This document shows positions 26,604 to 41,130 of a DNA stretch of 64,000 nucleotides, one piece after another. The DNA comes from Octopus sinensis (lineage: Eukaryota), in the NCBI RefSeq assembly GCF_006345805.1, contig NC_043002.1, positions 10,044,001-10,108,000 on the forward strand. Reading direction: 5' to 3'. The notes under the pieces are model-generated. The model was given only the letters and a program-made list of their open reading frames with translations. It had not been told where the DNA came from and did not search any database. Positions within the stretch are counted from its first letter, which is position 1; each line of letters begins with the position of its first letter. A program made the translations under genes and the position numbers.

Positions 26604-27181
26604 ATTATTATTATTGAGTGAGAGAGCAGTGCATGCCATCAGAGTGACACTGGGCTAAAATATACGAAGCCCAGTATACCCATCATGACTAGCCGTCTGA
26701 TAAGGGTACACTAGGCACATGCATCACAATCATATGTGCGCGACATGGCGATCTCATATCAAGATAAACAGCACATGACCTTGCAAGGTGGGGCCCAGTT
26801 AGAATTTCCTTCTGGTCGAGTAACCCATCCTACTCAAAAGGTCTCTCAATAAGGGTTGTTTAAGGATGTTGAACGAACCACCCATGTTTCCAGAGGTGAA
26901 TTATTCAAACCCCAAAGAATCCCTCTCAACACATGTTTATGATGCCCCCCCCGCACCACCACTACTTCAGCTCGTGATCAGAGATGCTCATATCGTCAGA
27001 CACCAAGGGACATGCTCAACTGATTAAGGTCAAGCAAATGACAACCAAATCTGTGGTATTGAGCAGAATATTTGCTGTAGCCCATCTTTTATACCAAGAC
27101 AAAACAATGTACATGATAACACTCCCAATCAGTTAAGATCAGAAGCCATGAGAGCCACTGCCTGATACTACATCAGGGCAT

Positions 27182-27257
<76 letters not shown>

Positions 27258-27485
27258 TTTTTTTTTTCTTCTTTCAAATTTGCTTCCATTTCTTGCCGAG
27301 TGTCTTCCCGACTCCTAGGGCAAAGAAACTCATAGTATACAATGGTAGGCCATTAAACCAAACTCAGTAGTTCGTTCATTTTTTTATTTTTTTATGTTAA
27401 ATTAAAATACATGAGCAGCAACAGTTCTCACATCGACAATGCTCTTCTCAATACGTGTGATGTACCAGTATTATTATTATTATTA

Positions 27486-27593
<108 letters not shown>

Positions 27594-27870
27594 GTAGTAG
27601 TAGTAGTAGTATAATTATTGTTAATATCATGATTATTATCATCATCAATTTTGTTATTATTCTTTTCTACTCTAGGCACAAGGCCCGAAATTTTGGGGGA
27701 GGGGGCCAGTCTATTAGATCGGCCGCAGTACGCAACTGGTACTTAATTTATCGTCCCCGAAAGGATGAAATCCAAAGTTGACCCAAACGGAATTTGAATT
27801 CAGAACGTAAAGACAGATGAAATACCGCTAAACATTTCGCCCGGTGTGCTAACGTTTCTGCCAGCTCGCC

Positions 27871-27935
<65 letters not shown>

Positions 27936-27939
27936 GTTG

Positions 27940-27986
<47 letters not shown>

Positions 27987-28013
27987 GTTGTTATTATTAT
28001 TATTATTATTATT

Positions 28014-28045
<32 letters not shown>

Positions 28046-28056
28046 AATCATCATTA

Positions 28057-28087
<31 letters not shown>

Positions 28088-28140
28088 TTTTATTATCATT
28101 ATTATTATCATTATTTTTATTATCATTATTATTATCATTA

Positions 28141-28188
<48 letters not shown>

Positions 28189-28398
28189 TATTATTATTAT
28201 CATTATTATTATTATTATAATTATTATCATTATTATTATCATTATTTTTATTATTATTATTATCATTATTTTTATTATTATTATTATCATTATCATTATT
28301 ATTATTATAATTATTATTATTATCATTATTATTATTATCATTGTTATTGTTATTATTATTATTGTTATTATTATTATTATTATCATCATTATTATTAC

Positions 28399-28461
<63 letters not shown>

Positions 28462-28589
28462 CATTATTATTATTCGGCCATCGACACGTATCGCACATTG
28501 CTCCCTAAGTTTAGTTGTTATTCATATTGTTACACATTGTTATAAGTTGTACCTTTGTTATTGTTACTTGGATGAACTGACCAGGATCA

Positions 28590-30100
28590 TGGCGAGCTGG
28601 TTATTTCTTCTCCATTTGTAGCCCTTAAGGTCTATTTTGGTGTCCGTTTGGTCTAAGGCGCCCCTCATTTTCGTTAATTAATTAGATGGCGGACGAGAAT
28701 TGTCAGTCCGCTGAAAGGAACAGCCGGTCATCCGGAAAAGAAAAAAAACCACGTGGGAAAAGTAAGTGACTGCTGTAACAGCATCAGCATCATCCACAGC
28801 AACAACAGCAACACGAAAAGAGAGAGGAACAATAGCTCATGCGAAGTCTATAAAAGCAATTTTGAACTACAGAAGAACAGACACCACAATGAAATAAAGT
28901 TGATTACATATATGATTATAGTCATTAGACACCGGCGTTATCACATCAGAAAGCAACACGCCTACACATTCAAGTCATACAAGCATCATCGCACATATAC
29001 AACGCCATCGAAACAAATTTCCCTGTAGGAGTAGGGTCTTTCCAGAGAGAAATAAATGAAAGAACATGTAAAGAACTGCACGTGAAAACATCCACAGGCA
29101 GCTATGAGGACGGAACTTGGATCCTTTCATCGCCAACTACATTATAGTAAATAGACTTTTGCCTCTTCTAACATGGCCTTACTCAGAGTAGGCAGTATAA
29201 ATACACGTGGTCTGAGGTCTGCTGAGAAACAAGGCCATCTACTCATCAATCACAGATCAGTAATTGTCGATGTGGTGGCCAACAGTGAAAGCAGACTCAG
29301 TGACCGACAAGCGTTCATTGCCATTTTCGGTGGATATGAGAGGTATCTATCTCCATATCAGCCGGGAATGGGAGGTGAAACCACGGTGTTGTTCCGGAGA
29401 GGCCTGAATCACAAGATAAGAACTAGCTTCCTGAATCCAGAAGGTAAGGTGATGTTCCTGGATATGATCGGTAGTGCTGGTTGTTTATGCTCCGACCGGA
29501 GCAGGACAGCCGGATTTCTTCAGTCGTCTGGAGGTTTTCCTAGGAACATCTCAACCTTTAGTGTTAGTGGGCCACCGGAGCGCCGTCTTACAGCCGCCTT
29601 TCGACTGTATGGATCTAATAGATAGAAAAGGGTGTGGTAACAACCTTACAAACCTACTAAGACATTTGCACCTGTCTGACAGGTACCGACTGGATTTCCC
29701 GGATGTGCCAATGTGTATGCGGACTAATTGCATCGAGTCATCCACGTTGTATCTATACAGAGTATTGTGATCTGTACGGTCGATCTAGACAGTCCAAGAA
29801 GACAGGAACCCGGTTACTGGAAGCTGAATACGTCACTTCCAGCGTGCAGACTTTACAGAGACCGGATTAGAGAATTAATGAAGCGGGTGTTGAGATGGAC
29901 AATCGTCAACAACAAATGGTTGTTTTCCCAGATAATTATAGGGCAATTAGAGTAGGATCAGTAAGGTTTAGTAAGGTATTAATGATAGAAAGGAATAAAA
30001 TAGAAGGTGAACTTAGAATCTTTGAAGAGGTGCTTAGGAAAAGCATTGCAACCAGTTTTACTGGACGCGAGATTGGCTCAAGACCAATTCTTAAACGCAA
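28590..30100 (+). mobile_element. L1/Tx1-clade LINE 5' portion (remnant leader + APE domain)
   Basis: LRVGSINTRGLR..ESRL..VYAPT..GYWKLNTSL, frameshifted. Confidence 0.72.
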
Positions 30101-30357
30101 AGGTTGTATACATACCCCCGTGAAAATTTCTGGTATTGTACCAAAATTTGAAGTCATTATTATCATCTATATTGTTACACTATTTACTAGCATTAAGCAA
30201 CCGCATTTGATATTGGGTTTGTTTGAAATCAGAGAAAGATTCCCAATTTAGAAAAAAAATTCAAGTGCAAAAATGCCACTACCCTACTTTTTAAACCCAC
30301 AAAATACCTGTTCATTGTTTCTCACTTTAAAATATATATGTTTTATACTATCTTCAG

Positions 30358-30480
30358 AATGCAACGGATGTGCTTATAATGGAGTGTGCTATTGTAATAA
30401 TAATGTAGGCATAGTTAAAGAAGAACTTTCTTGCAAGCGAATAGCATGCAAAAATAGCAAGATCGACGTGAAAGAAATAT
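30358..30480 (+). CDS. Gene 2 coding exon 2: (K)CNGCAYNGVCYCNNNVGIVKEELSCKRIACKNSKIDVKEI
   Basis: Acceptor ttttatactatcttcag, donor GTAAGT, 123 nt, phase 1-1; paralog of 9033-9155. Confidence 0.92.
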
Positions 30481-31502
30481 GTAAGTGAAAACTGATACAA
30501 CCACATTCTTTCACACATTTTATATGCTACGAGATTACTATTGCTTTTACGCTTTTCTGTTTGGTTTGCAAGATTCCTGATGCGAATCGTATGCTAAAAA
30601 ATATATATTATCCCCAAAATGAACATTCGTATTGGTCGATCGATTTCATTATCTAATTGATACTTGTCAGTTGATTGATATTTAAATATTTTACTCTTTT
30701 AATTGTTTTAGTCATTTGACTGTGGCCATGCTGGAGCACCGCCTTTACTCGAGCAAATCGACCCCAGGACTTATTCTTTGGAAGCCTAGTACTTATTCTA
30801 TCGGTCTCTTTTGCTGAACCGCTAAGTTACGGTTGTCAAAGGATGTTGGGGGGCAAACGCAGACACACAAACATATACACACACATACACACACACACAT
30901 ATATATATACATATATACGACGGGCTTCTTTCAGTTTCCGTCTACCAAATCCACTCACAAGGCTTTGGTCGGCCCGAGGCTACAGTTGAAGACACTTGGC
31001 CAAGATGCCACGCAGTGGGACTGAACCCAGAACCATCTGCTTCGTAAGCAAGCTACTTACCACACAGCCACTCCTACGCTCGTTTGTTTGAGTAAATGTT
31101 CGGTCTATCAATCAGTCAGCTACGTTTGTCAAAGCTCTTTCGTTATCAGTTTTGACGCCATCAATGTCATGCCCCCCTCTACTCCAGATCTGCTTCAGTT
31201 CTTGTTTTTACATTTATATATAATTCCTTTAACGTTCATTGTATGTTATTGTTTCTATTTGCAGCGGAGGGGGTAGAGTTTGTTGTGGGAATTTTCCCGG
31301 TTGTTTATGTTCTGAATTCATATTTCACTGAGCAAACAGTAGTGAGCAAACAGCAACCACCCAATAGCTCACCACCTACGCTTCACTAAACATTAGTAAC
31401 ACCTTGGTGAGGTCTTATCCACCAACAAATGGAGTAAGACTCAATGGAATATGCGTGTGTGTGTGTGTGTGTGTGTGTGTAAGTGCGTGTGTGTGTGTGT
31501 GT

Positions 31503-31822
31503 GTGTGAAGGCATCTGGCTTAGTGGTTACGACATTCGGCTTACGATCGCAAGGTAGTGAGTTCAGTTCCCGGCGTTGTGTCCTTGAGCAAGACACTTTA
31601 TTTCACGTTGCCCCACTCCATTCAGCTGGCAAAAATGAGTAGTACCTGTATTTCAAAGGGCCGACCTTGTTACATTTTGTTTCAGGCTGACTCTCCCTGA
31701 GAACTACGTTAACGTTACACGTGTCTGTGGAGTACTCAGCCACTTGCACGTTAATTTCACGTGCAAGCTGTTCTGTTGATCGTATCAGCTGGGACCCTCG
31801 TCGTCGTAACCGACGGAGAGCT
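31503..31822 (+). mobile_element. tRNA-head SINE family C/D (representative copy)
   Basis: tRNA-like head, GTCCTTGAGCAAGACAC block and shared tails. Related copies near 20780-20965, 33125-33475, 38270-38612, 54143-54590 and 61557-61900. Confidence 0.75.
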
Positions 31823-32764
31823 CTTTTTTATATATGTGTGTGTGTCGGGAAAATACTAATTCAGCCTGCCAAATTCCCAAGGATCTCACGTGAGACCCGA
31901 GTCCAATCAAGATTCACTTCCGTTGTCCAATCAAGATTCACTTCCGTCGCCTATGAACGACTTCAACACTAAATCAATTATATATTGAGATCCTGAGTAC
32001 TACACGTATCTGTGGAGTACTCAGGCAGTGAGCTGGCAGAAACGTTAGCACGCCGGACGAAATGCGTTGCCGTATTTCGTCTGCCGTTACGTTCTGAGTT
32101 CAAATTCCGCCGAGGTCGACTTTGCCTTTCATTCTTCCGGGGTCGATAAATTAAGTACCAGTTACGCACTGGGGTCAATGTAATCGACTTAATCCGTTTG
32201 TCTGTCCCTGTTTGTCTCCTCTGTGTTTAACCCCTTGTGGGTAGTAAAGAAATATATATATTGAGATCCTTCTAAATTTTTGTTTTCCCTTTTCTTCAGC
32301 CAATAGCAGACTGTCTACGTCTGCCATCATGACACTCAGAGACTTAGCTTTTACACGCACACACACACTGGCAAATTGCTTTGACGAGCTTCTTAGACTT
32401 AAATTTCTCCTCTCATACGACTTAATAAATAACAGACATTAAAAAGCTTAAACATACGTTTCTCTATTGAAATTGACTCCAACTTTTCGCAGCTGGGAAA
32501 CTTCGTAACGGCTCAATAAATTTGTCAATGTGTCATTTCTTTGCGCAGTCTTTTATCTAAACTTCAATATTTCCACCATGCCATAATATATCGGTGACAT
32601 TCTTAACCGTTGCACATATACTTATATATACAAACACACACGCATACCTATCTACCCACCAACCTACCTGCCTACCTACCTACCTACCTACCTACCTACC
32701 TACCTACCTACCTACCTACCTACCTACTTATCTACCTACATACATACATATATACATACATACA

Positions 32765-32795
<31 letters not shown>

Positions 32796-33638
32796 GTGTG
32801 CGTGCACGGGCGCGAGTGTGTGTGAGTAGGTGTGTGTTTGTAATAAAACGAAGCACAGACGGACAGCACAGGTAAATATGAAACTGGAAAAAATACACAA
32901 TGGACATAGACATGTCCATATATATTGATAAAATATATCAGTTATCGATAAAATGTTACCTCAATGTTGACAACTGACGATAAATATTGTAAAATTTAGT
33001 GGACTTAAATTGGACTTAAATGAAAGAACAAGAATGATGCAAAAAACAACAACAACAAAAAACAATTAAGAGAACAGGAAGAATAATAAAACAAGAAAGA
33101 CAAGTAAGTAAAAAGAAATAAACAGGTGAATAGAACAGAGATCCGATCAACGGAACAGCCTGCTCGGGAAATTAACGTGCAAATGGCAGAGCACTCCACA
33201 GGCACGTGTACCCTTAACGTAGTTCTCGGGGAGATTCAGCGTGAAACAGTGCGTGACAAGGCTGGCCCTTTGAAATACAGGTACAACGGAAACAGGAAGA
33301 AAGAGTGAGAGAAAGTTGTGGTGAAAGAGTGCAGTAGGGTTCAACCCCCCTCTCCTCGCGGGGCCTCGTGGAGCTTTAGGTATTTTCGCTTAACAATGCC
33401 CGGTTTGGGAATCGAAACCACGATCCTTCGACCGCGAGTTCACTACCCTAACCACTGAGCCATTGCGCTTCCACGAAACAGATTTATAAGCGGCGAAAAA
33501 CAGTTGGTAGAAAGTAAGTGATATACCGAGAGCAGTATATCTACCCATTATGCATTTTATCGAAAATTTAAAAACAAAACACTTTTAGGCTTTGGTTAAT
33601 GAAAGTTTAGAAGTTGGTTGTTGCATTTTTTGATAATA

Positions 33639-34034
33639 TCTTTATATATAAAAGTGAGGTTGTGTGTCTGTCTCCTACGATTTAGATTCCTAACTACTCC
33701 CACATTTTGCGGTGCAGTTTAACCAAAACCGGGTATCTTATAGTCGTGATTCATATCGAGCCATTCTGGGTATTAGCGCGCGTCTACGATGAGTCTACGA
33801 TTTAAAAACAAATTTAACATAATTTTTTTCCATTTTAATGCATTTTTTCGCTATTATATAAGGGAAGTAACTCTCTAAAAATGTCTACGATGAGTCAACG
33901 ATTTAAAAAAAATTTACTATAATTTTTTTCCATTTTTAATGCATTTTTTTGCAATTTTTTGGCTATAACTCGCTAAAAATGCTTATATAGTTATTTCCCT
34001 TACAAACCCGAGCAACGCCGGGCGATACTGCTAG
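33639..34034 (+). mobile_element. Non-autonomous Helitron
   Basis: A|TC start, CCCGAGCAACGCCGGG hairpin, CTAG|T end, internal ~90-bp duplication. Confidence 0.75.
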
Positions 34035-34340
34035 TTTTATATATATTTACAATTCAAGACGACCGGCCATTTTTCATAATCTTTAATCTTCACTGAACTA
34101 TTTTATCATCTCAGAATTCTTTATACCAGCCATTTTCAATAATACAATTTGTTCACGTTTTGTTTGAGTCGCCATATTAAATTAAAAGTAAACGAATTAG
34201 AGAAATATTAAGAAGCATTATACATATGCTTTCAACTATTTGTGAGAATCAGAATGTTGGGTAAATTATTCTGTCTAAGTAGTTGGTAAATATATATCCT
34301 GTCACCCATTCTATCTCACTCAGTTTCGTTATCTTTTCAG

Positions 34341-34472
34341 ATTGCAATGACCTCAGAGGAAATTGCATGTCCCATGGCAAAGGATGGATTGGAGTCTACC
34401 GTAAACGTTGTGTTAAAAAATATTGTTATGTAGCGAGAGGTCGTACACAACTAGGTATAATTATTGATAAGG
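34341..34472 (+). CDS. Gene 2 coding exon 3: (Y)CNDLRGNCMSHGKGWIGVYRKRCVKKYCYVARGRTQLGIIIDK
   Basis: Acceptor tttcgttatcttttcag; donor GTATGT at 34473 gives 132 nt, identical to gene 1 exon 3. An alternative in-phase donor GTATAA lies at 34455. Confidence 0.88.
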
Positions 34473-34499
34473 GTATGTATAATCTGCTATTTTGGGGGT

Positions 34500-35460
34500 T
34501 GTTATGTATATGCATTTAAATCATCCATGTAAATGAGATGATTTATATTTTTATCAAACATTTTATACCCGTACTGCGCGTCATTGAGCAGTTTTGAGAG
34601 AGGTATTAAGACTAAACAGAAGAGGAGTGGTGACAGTGAGTCACCCTGTAAAATGCCACATGAAATTTTTACATCACCAGCATTTAGAGATTCATTGTCA
34701 CTGTTCACAGTTAGTGTGGTTCTCCATGATCTCATACTTACAGTCAAAAAGTTTCGCAGAGCAGGTGCTATCTTATACATTTCCAGGCATTTCCTAATCC
34801 AGCTGTGTGGTAGGCTATCAAAAGCCTTTTATAGACTATCCAGGCTATTGATAAGTTTTTGTGTCGTTTGTGACAATCTTCTAAGATCATCTTATTGATG
34901 AGTAGTTGATCTTTACAGCCGTAGGATCCACGTTTACATCCTTTCTGTCCATTAGGGAATATGCTGCTGTCTGTTAAAAAACTATAAGTATATTCCGTCA
35001 GGACAGATGTTAGCATTTTATACATAAGCAGGTTATGGGTCTATAGGTTTTTGGCTCATTTGTTTCTTCACTTTTTGGAAGCAGAAATGTTAACCCATTA
35101 ACTATCCAAGGAGGCATCCTACTAGGGTGTTGCAAAACATCATTGTACAGTTCTGTTAGCAGTTGATGGCTCTCTGGGAAAGCATTTAGCCAGAAGTTAG
35201 GAATTTTATCCTTTCCAGGAGACTTCCATTTGCTTGACCTCCTGAAAGCAGATCTTATATCTTCTACCTTGACACCCTCCCACTTTTGCTCTTCTAAGGA
35301 GTCCAGTTCTGTAGATATTCTGTCAATCCAGGGGGCCTTTTCGTTGTGTGATTTTTCTTCTGCCTAAATTTTATTCCAAAATCCCTGCACTTCTTCTTTT
35401 GATGGTACAGACCTTACAGTAAACGCTGTTTTTCCTATCTTCCTGTAAAAATTCTTATCT
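34500..35460 (-). mobile_element. R4/Dong-type RT fragment
   Basis: QKGCKRGSYGCKDQLLI, GILQGDSLSPLLF, HLIYMDDL; starts at a TAA tract; lies in intron 3 of gene 2. Confidence 0.88.
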
Positions 35461-35840
35461 TTATTATTATATTATTATTATTATTATTATTATTAATATT
35501 ATTGAGTGAGAGAGCAGTTCATGCCATCAAAGTGACACTGGGGTAAAATATACGAAGCCCAATATACCCATCATGACTACCCGTCTGATAAGGGTACACC
35601 AGGCACATGCATCACAACCATATGTGCGCGGCATGGTGATCTCATATCAATATAAACAGCACATGACCTTGCAGGTGGGGCCCGGTAAGAATTTTCTTCA
35701 GGTTGAGTAGCCTATCCCGCTCAAAAGGTCCCTGAATAAGGGTTGTTTAAGGATGTTGAAAGAACCACCCATATTTCCAGAGGTGAATTATTCAAACCCC
35801 AAAGAATCCCTCTCAACACATGGCTATGATGCTCCCCCAC

Positions 35841-35918
<78 letters not shown>

Positions 35919-36205
35919 TATTATTATTATTATTATTTATTATTATTATTATTGTTATTGTTGTTGTTGTCATGATACCGTTTTCATTCATTTTTCTCGG
36001 TCACCTCTTCATGTTAGAGCATTGGACTCTGCTCACTTTCTCTCTCTCCGATTTTGTTTTTCCTTTTAATCCTTTCTGTAGAAGAGTGTCAGTTCCATTT
36101 CCATTCTTCCCGAGCGGGAAAAAACTAATACGCCTGCTTGTCGTTCCTACACCCGTCCTCGTCTTCTCTTTTCTGTAAATTTTAACTATATATACATACA
36201 TATAC

Positions 36206-36238
<33 letters not shown>

Positions 36239-36451
36239 TGTATGTATGTATGTATGTATGTATGTATGTATGTATGTATGTATGTATGTATGTATGTATG
36301 TATGTATGTATGTATGTATGTATGCATGTATGTATGTATGTATGTATGTATGTATGTATGTATGTATGTATGTATGTATGTATGTATGTATGTATGTATG
36401 TATGTATGTATGTATGTATGTATGTATGCATGCATGTATGTATGTATGTAT

Positions 36452-36645
36452 GCAAAATTTGAAGAAAACAGAAAATGGAGAAGTACTGATTAACAACAAT
36501 TGACTTACATCAATTATTATTTATTTATTCAATGCAAACAGACTGCATCTCATCTAACAGCTGTTTCTGCTTCCAATGTTATATGGTATTGCCATTGATA
36601 TTCAAAATATGTAGAAATATTAAGTTATATATTTAGTTATGTATT
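36452..36645 (+). pseudogene. 5'-truncated, diverged copy of exon C plus downstream sequence (..QNLKKTENGEVLINNN*)
   Basis: Aligns with ~60748-60920; the 5' part is replaced by (TATG)n. Mirror copy at ~63520-63715 (-). Confidence 0.5.
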
Positions 36646-37393
36646 TGCTTGATCATTGTTTTGGAGCCAGTACTTATCTACCGCTATTAATATCGTTATT
36701 ATTGTGATTATATGTATTAATACATGCATGGGGGATTATTTCTTAAAACTGGCATTTGTGAATACCCATATATGTGTGTGCATTTATATGTATGTTGAAT
36801 TTTCCTTTTTGTGTGTATGAAGACATGACGTAAGAGCTTACATCTATAAAAACAATCTGCAAGTATTTTAATTTTCAATCTTAAATTTTAACTATAAGTT
36901 GTAATCATTAATTTAATTAACGATATCTACTTCTACTTATTTATTTGACCATTAGGCTGATTGATTTTAAGATCATTTAATCAACTAGCTGCAAAATTAG
37001 CAGTCACTAATTATGGCCATTTTCCCTAGTTATTACCTCCCCTTGACCAGATATATTTCAATAACTTTCCTACGGTGTTAATTCGATTCAATGTTTTTAC
37101 TAATTTCGTATTCATATTCACAAACTGTTGGACATTTTACAATCCGAACCGTCTTATTCCCTAAGTGTCCGAATAAGTTCCTCTCTTAACATTTATTCCA
37201 TAATGTTATTTGTTTAATAAGCATAGGAGTGGCTGTGTGGTAAGTAGCTTGCTTACGAACCACATGGCTCCGGGTTCAGTCCCAATGCGTGGCACCTTGG
37301 CCAAGTGTCTTCTACTATAGCCTCGGGCCGACCAAAGCCTTGTGAATGAATTAGGTAGACTGAAACTGAAAGAAGCCCGTCGTATATATGCAT

Positions 37394-37507
<114 letters not shown>

Positions 37508-37715
37508 TTAGGGATAAAACTATTAGGCAAATCAAACAGTGAAAATCATAAGCCAATACATAGAAATAAAATTAATTAAAAATTATAAAAAATATAAAAT
37601 ATAAAATATAAAAATCCAATTAAAATATTTAAATTAAAGTTAAAATTTAAAAAAAATATTTAAATTGATAAATTAAACTTATAAATTTTAAATATATATA
37701 TATATATATTTATTA

Positions 37716-37746
<31 letters not shown>

Positions 37747-38899
37747 TTTATTATTTATTTATTATTATTTTTTTTTCAATTTTAAACTATCAAAAAGTAT
37801 TAAAAGTTTAATATAAGATATAAATGTGTGTATATATATATATATATATATATGTGCGTGTGTGTGTGTGCTTATGTTTGTGTGTTTGCGCTCCCAACAT
37901 CGCTTCAAAACTGATGCTGGTGTGTTTACGTCACTGTAACTTAGCTGTTCGCCATAAGAGACCGATAGAATAAGTACTAGGCTTACAAAGAATAAGTCCT
38001 GGGGTCGATTTGCTCGACTAAAGGCGGTGCTCCAGCATGACCAAAGTCAGATGGCTGAAACAAGTAAAAGAGTAGTATTAGTACACAAAGCCTTTTTGGG
38101 CTCTTTACAACATACAACATCTTCGTATTTATTTATTTACTTATCTTACCCCGTATAACACTCTCAATAGCTGATCTTTTGTTTTTAAATTGCGACTTAC
38201 CAATTACATCGAAAGTTCGACCTTGACCTATCTCACTTCAGACAACATGTGAAAGGGCTTAACTACCTACTGAGAACCCTTTCGGTCACGACACAGACCA
38301 TGGGATTGCACCTAGAAAGTTATCCTCCGATGCACAAGTCTGAGAAAGGTTGTTTATGGAAGACCAGCAGTCGCCCATGCATACCGGCCTCCCCTCTCCA
38401 TGCCACCAGTGTTATCCAGGGGAAAGGCAAAGGGACCGATACAGCTTGGCACCCGTGACGTCTCAACTCATTTCTACAGCTGAGTGAACTGGAACAACAT
38501 GAAATAAAGTGTCTTGCTCAAGGACACACCACGCAGCCCGGTCCGGGATTCGAGCTCACAACCTCACGATTGTAAGCTCGACGTTCTAACCACTGAGCCA
38601 TGCGTCTTCACACCCTAGTAAATAAATAAATTGCATTTAACCAATTAGCACTTTATTATGATTAATACTATTAATTAATATTACAAACACAACTATTATA
38701 AATTATTATGTCTGATATAAAAACTTACTTTATCTACACCCCTTCTCCGACTAATACCTATTGGCGTATCCCACTATTATTTTTTCATCTTACCCTCACC
38801 TAGTACAAAGTATTAATCCACCAATTGCCATTTTGTTTAAGTCTTTAACTTAACGGTCCAAAGAGACACTTAAGTAAAATGGTATGATTACAACCATAG

Positions 38900-39130
38900 G
38901 CGGCGAGCTGGTAGAAGCGTTAGCACCCCGGGCGAATTGCGTAGCCGTATTTCGTCTGCCGTTACGTTCTGAGTTCAAATTCCGACAAAGTCAACTTTGC
39001 CTTTCATCCTTTCGGGGTCGATAAATTAAGTACCAGTTACGCACTGGGGTTGATGTAATCGACTTAATCCGTTTGTCTGTCCTTGTTTGTCTCCTCTGTG
39101 TTTAGCACCTTGTGGGTAGTAAAGAAATAG
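38900..39130 (+). mobile_element. SINE family B (representative copy with 14-bp TSD GGTATGATTACAAC)
   Basis: Head GGCGAGCTGG..GTTAGC and central CTTTGCCTTTCATCCTTTCGGGGTCGATAAATTAAGTACCAG block. Other copies near 2410-2820, 4533-5182, 8133-8365, 11780-12525, 25470-25790, 27655-27870, 32027-32252 and 61033-61268. Confidence 0.85.
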
Positions 39131-39351
39131 GTATGATTACAACTATATTTGTTCCTTATGCTCTTGTTCTCTATTTATTCCTCACTCTAATGAAACTCCC
39201 TGTTTCAGATCGGTTTTATTAAAAACTATGATTAATATTTTTACATATTTTGAGTATCAGTGGCAATACCATGTAACATTGGAAACAGAAACAGCTGTTA
39301 GATGAGATGAAGTCTATTTGCATTGAATTAATAAATAATAACTGATGTAAG

Positions 39352-39446
39352 TCAATTGTTGTTAATCGGTACGTCTCCTTTTCTGGGTTTTTTAAAATTT
39401 TGATTCTTGATAAACCCGTGTTTATCCTTGTCTTTACGTATGATAT
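39352..39446 (-). CDS. Inverted copy of candidate terminal exon C
   Basis: Reverse complement of 60704-60798 with the same translation. Confidence 0.35.
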
Positions 39447-39631
39447 CTGAACATAATATGTTTGCATAGGAAATATAGGAAATCTACCGGTAATGTAATG
39501 GATACTTAGACGGTTATTTTAACCTCGAACTCAATTAACCTGTCTATATATATATATGATGATAAATATCCTCATCCCCAAAGCCGATTTATTATTTTTG
39601 GAAACAGTTTGTGCGTAAAACCATATTATAC

Positions 39632-39706
39632 ATGAAGAATGCTGTAGCTTGTCCATTCGAGGATGAAAGAATGTTATGTGATAATTCTTGTCTCCGCTGT
39701 ACAAAT
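39632..39706 (-). CDS. Inverted copy of candidate exon B: (D)LYSGDKNYHITFFHPRMDKLQHSS
   Basis: Reverse-complement match to 60438-60509; 75 nt; Cys->Ser change and +CAG insertion; AG/GT kept. Confidence 0.35.
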
Positions 39707-40104
39707 CTAAATAAAATGTCGCTTTATTTGTTATTTGTTTACTTATCTATTTATTTTGCAGTTTGCACAAAACAACATTTTGTCGCAGACGTCCTGCGGT
39801 TTTACTATCCGCCATTGAAACAATGTTAAATGAAAAATTCGATTTTTAATATTGTTAAATATTTATGGCAACAATAAAGTAACTGATGCTAATATGTAAT
39901 GAGGTAGTTGAAATGTGTGCCAAGATTAAGAGGCAACACCTGACGTAGTTTCTGTCATTATTCACATCTCTTGTTTCAGAATGCAGATGTCGCCACCAGC
40001 AATCTGTTTTGCATTTACACAGCGTTTTCAAAGTCATTCAAATTAGATGCACCGCCACATGCACACACGCACAATCAGAGTCATGCACGCACTCACGCAG
40101 ATAC

Positions 40105-40284
<180 letters not shown>

Positions 40285-40888
40285 TATATGGGCACAGGGC
40301 GTCACAAAACGTAAGCAACATGAAATACGGAGGCAAACTTGGTTATGCGAACAAGAAGAGGAACAAATGGAAAAGGTGACAAGTAACATAGAGAACCATC
40401 CTTCATCAGTTGTCGGCTGTTCATCTACTCCACATTTCGAACAATCCACGACCACATGAGGCTTCGAAAAACAGTTGCTCCCACGAACCATGAAAGAAAT
40501 TGGGATTTGATTCAAGGCGAAAGGTGTTTTTCCATCAGAAAAAAATGCTCAGCCACATACTTCAAAGATGACATTCCAAAAGCTGGAGCAGTTTGAATGG
40601 GTAACAATGCCTCGCTCACCATATTCCTCAGATATTGCACCATATGATTATCATTTATTCCGTAGTTTTCAAAATCATTTGGACAGAAAAATATATGAAT
40701 TCCGTAGACGAAGTCAGGACAGTACTGAAACAGTATTTCTCGACTCGGACAAATGAATTTTAGAAGAGGGTCCCTACAAGTCTATCAGATAGATGGAGAA
40801 GCATTGTAGAAAATGAAGGGGAGTGGACTTTAGATGAAAATAACTTTTTTATCCTAATTTTGAAAAATAAAAAAGGATATAAAACCGC

Positions 40889-40890
<2 letters not shown>
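40285..40890 (+). mobile_element. Mariner remnant present only in the left arm
   Basis: [31 protein letters not shown]. Confidence 0.75.
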
Positions 40891-40922
<32 letters not shown>

Positions 40923-40947
40923 GTATATATATATATATGTATATATG

Positions 40948-41009
<62 letters not shown>

Positions 41010-41014
41010 AAAGC

Positions 41015-41118
<104 letters not shown>

Positions 41119-41130
41119 TATATATATATA

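Noticed and set aside
32290-32400. Strong acceptor (ttttcccttttcttcag) suggesting an extra gene 2 exon
   Set aside because: No matching donor or Cys pattern, and exons 2 and 3 already join in frame with paralog-identical spacing.
34455-34460. GTATAA as donor of gene 2 exon 3 (114-nt exon)
   Set aside because: The downstream GTATGT donor is stronger and gives exactly the paralog's 132 nt; GTATAA is kept only as a possible alternative.
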